Below, piece by piece: positions 9,962-12,666 of a stretch of 12,666 bases of DNA (positions are counted from its first letter, which is position 1; the number at the start of each line of letters is the position of its first letter). Source of the stretch: Geosiphon pyriformis uo1 (Eukaryota > Fungi > Glomeromycota); assembly GCA_016748015.1 (NCBI GenBank), contig JAAOMT010000391.1, positions 16,909 through 29,574 on the forward strand, written 5' to 3'. Position numbers and translations under genes: made by a program. The notes beneath the pieces were generated by a model, which saw only the letters and a list, made by a program, of their open reading frames with translations, was not told the origin of the DNA and searched no databases.

Positions 9962-11982
9962 AAAAAAACTTTTTGTTTTCTTAATTTTATGATCATAATC
10001 AGAACAAAGAGTAAAAAAGCTGTATCTGATATCTGTTCTAAGATATCTAATAAGATTTCAATTAGAAGAGCTTTCTCTATCATAGAGGCAACTAGACAGA
10101 ACGTTTTAAAAGCTTTTTTTTTACCCAGTAATTATAATAAGCTGCCTTTAGTAGCCACTGAAGCAATTTCTTCATCTTTGACTGGTTTCTTACCAGTCAA
10201 AGTTCTCTTGAAAAGACACACTTGGGTTAGTCCCAGTGTTGCTTCCACTCCTACTAAGAGCCCAAAAGTGTTTAATAACAGACCAGTTAACAAACTGGTC
10301 TTCCCTTTTATGGTTTCTTCATCTGGTGCTGCTAGCACCTCCTTTTCAAAAAAAATGGTCAAAAAGATCAAAAGTTCAGAAAAATGGGGGCAGTTATTTG
10401 CCTCTGCTATTGTTACACCGAACCCCTTTGTGATTCCCAATGAGATTTTAGATGAGATCTCTGTAGTATTGTTTGACATATTGTTCAAGATAAACCAAGA
10501 TCAACCACTGGCTGTATTGTCAAATATGGTGTCTTCTGACAGATTATCACCAGTTTTAAAAGCAAAACAATCTCTTTCTGTTGGGTTACCTGTTTTTGAA
10601 AACTGAGCTGATCAAATGGAAACTGAATTATCTCCTTTTCTAGTTTTTGGTGCTGCTTTTAGTAGTGCTTAGAAAACTATTATTAGTCATCAAAGATTTG
10701 CTACTTTTAAGATCAAATTGGCTTATGTTAAGACTGTTTTTCAGTTAGTACATGGTTTCTTGGGTGTAAAGTCAATATCAAAAGACAATGTGAAGCTGTT
10801 TTGTGTGGAGTTTGCTTCTCAAGTGTTTTTGAAAGCTGCATTTTTGGTTGAGCTTATAAGCTCTGTATATTTGGGCACCCTCAAAATTGCCAAGTCTTTG
10901 GTAATTTCTGAGTCTGATTCCTTTTCTGCTGTTGTTGCACTGTGTAATATGCACTTGAACGTGTTTACTACTGACATTAAAACAGCTTTCAGTGTGTTTG
11001 GTAGTGTTACTCGTGTTGTACTGAAGTCTACTAATATTTGGGAGTATGTGGTAGTTTATTTAGAAAAGTTGGACTATGTTGTATTTGCTTTGAATTATTG
11101 GTCAGTTTTGGTAGACAAAGATAGTGTTAAAATCCTCCCTCTGATGAATCAAAATGAGACTATTTTGTTTTATAATAAGTTTAAGACCAGATTGGTTAAT
11201 CTTCTTTCTGGTTGTACTGTCTTTAAGATTTGTGATCAGACATGTTTTATTCTTTATTTGCCTGATTCTGGTCATTGCTTTTGGTTTGCTCTGGTTACAT
11301 TTGATTCTCAAGTTGATTTGAATTCTGCAGTTGTTAAAACTGGTACTCTAAGAAAATGCCGTATTTGGTGGGAAATCTCTGGTTGTTGGCGATGCTTCAG
11401 GTGTTAAAAAGTGGGTTATTTAGCTGTTAACTGTAAAGTTTTTCCATCTTTCCTTTCTAAGGCTTCCAAGATGTTTAATACACGTTTTGTAAATAATGTT
11501 TCTTATGCAAAAGCTTCTGCTTTCCTGGATTCTTCTGAGTTTTCTTTCCTAGTGGTTCTTACTTTCTTTTCTATAGTTTTTGGTGATTTCTTGGTGTCTT
11601 TTTGGTTGGCTTCTTTGGAATCTGATTTGGTCAAGCTTTTTGTTTTGGTTGAGTCTATTGTTAAACCAGTTAGTTCCTTAGTTAAGTTGTTTGACCAGTT
11701 TATTAATAAGATTTGGTTTTAAGCAGTACATTTGGCTTGAAGGTTAATGAAGTTATAGTGCATATGAGTTTTTTTAGTAAGATTGTTGGTAAGTTAAGAA
11801 AAGAAGTGGTTTTTTTAAAAAAAAAATGTTGCATGGAGGATATTGATATTTCTGGTAATTTAGAACATTCAGTTGGTTTGGATGATGAGGTGTTTTTTAA
11901 CTTGAAGTTTATTTGGAAACATGAGTCTATTGATGTTAAAACTAATGCCTTGAAAACAGTTGAATGGTTGGTTGGATTGGTT
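9962..11982 (+). mobile_element. 5' part of a non-LTR retrotransposon (LINE) nested in gypsy pol and truncated at its 3' side by telomeric repeats
   Basis: Abrupt rise in GC at ~9990; gypsy homology stops at ~9960 at a TTTT/AAAA junction; ATG at 9989. No ORF2 or poly(A) follows; sequence passes directly into TTAGGG at 11981. Confidence 0.8.
9989..11982 (+). pseudogene. LINE ORF1 (gag-like nucleic-acid-binding protein: Ser/Pro-rich N-terminus, two RRM-like segments, CCHC zinc knuckle, coiled-coil-like C-terminus)
   Basis: Track ORFs 9947-10606, 10718-11407 and 11411-11722 are all one frame, broken by TGA 10604, TAG 10670 and TAA 11405. Knuckle CFRC*KVGYLAVNC at 11393-11434 is CX2CX4HX4C with Q>stop and H>Y. 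RRM-like DIKTAFSVFGSVTRVVL...YVVVYL and FALVTFDSQVDLNSAV. After a frameshift near 11709 the frame continues DLVLSSTFGLKVNEV...ALKTVEWLVGLV into the repeats. Confidence 0.8.
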
Positions 11983-12666
11983 AGGGTTAGAAATAAGAAT
12001 AGAGATAGGGATATTTATAGGGTTAGGGATATTTATAGGGATATTTATAGGGATAAAGATATTTATAGGGATATTTATAGGGATATTTATTGGGATATTT
12101 ATAGGGATAGGGATATTTATAGGGATATTTATAGGGATAGAGATATTTATAGGGATATTTATAGGGATATTTATTGGGATAGGAATAGGGATAGGGATAG
12201 GGATAGGGATAGGGATAGGGATAGGGATAGGGATAGGGATAGGGATAGGGATAGGGTTAGGGTTAGGGTTAGGGTTAGGGTTAGGGTTAGGGTTAGGGTT
12301 AGGGTTAGGGTTAGGGTTAGGGTTAGGGTTAGGGTTAGGGTTAGGGTTAGGGTTAGGGTTAGGGTTAGGGTTAGGGTTAGGGTTAGGGTTAGGGTTAGGG
12401 TTAGGGTTAGGGTTAGAGATAGGGTTAGGGTTAGGGTTAGGGTTAGGGTTAGGGTTATGGTTAGGGTTAGGGTTAGGGTTAGGGATAGGGTTAGGGTTAG
12501 GGTTAGGGATAGGGTTAGGGATAGGGATAGGGATAGGGATAGGGATAGGGATAGGGATAGGGATAGGGATAGGGATAGGGATAGGGATAGGGATAGGGAT
12601 AGGGATAGGGATAGGGATAGGGATAGGGATAGGGATAGGGATAGGGATAGGGATAGGGATATGTAT
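11981..12666 (+). repeat. Telomere-type G-rich hexamer array (TTAGGG / ATAGGG / ATATTT-ATAGGG mosaic)
   Basis: 114 hexamers plus 2 nt in unbroken register, G-rich strand running 5'->3' to the window end. Decayed units 11981-12010; ATATTT/ATAGGG zone 12011-12178; (ATAGGG)12 at 12185-12256; (TTAGGG)26 at 12257-12412; mixed 12413-12520; (ATAGGG)23 at 12521-12658; ATATGTAT at the end. Confidence 0.93.
12011..12178 (+). repeat. Two copies of an 84-bp (14-hexamer) higher-order repeat
   Basis: 12011-12094 and 12095-12178 differ at only two positions (12023 T/12107 A; 12056 A/12140 G); both end with the rare variant ATTGGG. Confidence 0.9.

Noticed and set aside
10132-11311. ORFs 10132-10488 (-), 10236-10433 (+) and 11102-11311 (-)
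   Set aside because: Shadow frames of LINE ORF1 with no independent motifs.
5325-11722. Alternative genetic code (TAA/TAG=Gln, TGA=Trp) making these ORFs intact
   Set aside because: Stops fall at both Gln and Trp positions, catalytic and structural residues are also destroyed (YLDD>YLNN, knuckle H>Y), and frameshifts are present. This is mutational decay.
9962-11982. Telomere-specific retrotransposon (HeT-A/TART, SART/TRAS or MoTeR-like) maintaining the end
   Set aside because: Its 5' end lies in gypsy pol rather than in telomeric repeats, there is no poly(A) or 3' end at the repeat junction, and ORF1 is cut mid-frame and pseudogenised. Truncation plus healing is simpler.

Overview
Eukaryotic, probably fungal, chromosome end made entirely of decayed repeats, with no intact host gene. 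From left to right: (1) a background of roughly 10% GC (estimated by eye), interrupted at 2591-3568 by a 5'-truncated LINE on the minus strand with a poly(A) tail and a 9-bp target-site duplication; (2) a diverged ~138/171-bp tandem array; (3) a minus-strand Ty3/gypsy relic reading pol (RT-RNaseH-IN), an extra ORF, PPT, LTR and then a second gag, suggesting two tandem copies sharing one LTR; (4) a younger plus-strand LINE ORF1 (RRM-like segments plus CCHC knuckle) inserted just upstream of the gypsy RT; (5) a telomere-type array fused directly onto the truncated ORF1 at 11981. The array keeps a perfect 6-nt register but is a block mosaic of TTAGGG, ATAGGG and a 12-mer ATATTT-ATAGGG, with an 84-bp higher-order duplication. 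All layers show C>T/G>A erosion on both strands, including non-CpG sites. The translated element proteins resemble, from memory and unverified, repeat-derived proteins of Glomeromycotina (Geosiphon-like) fungi.
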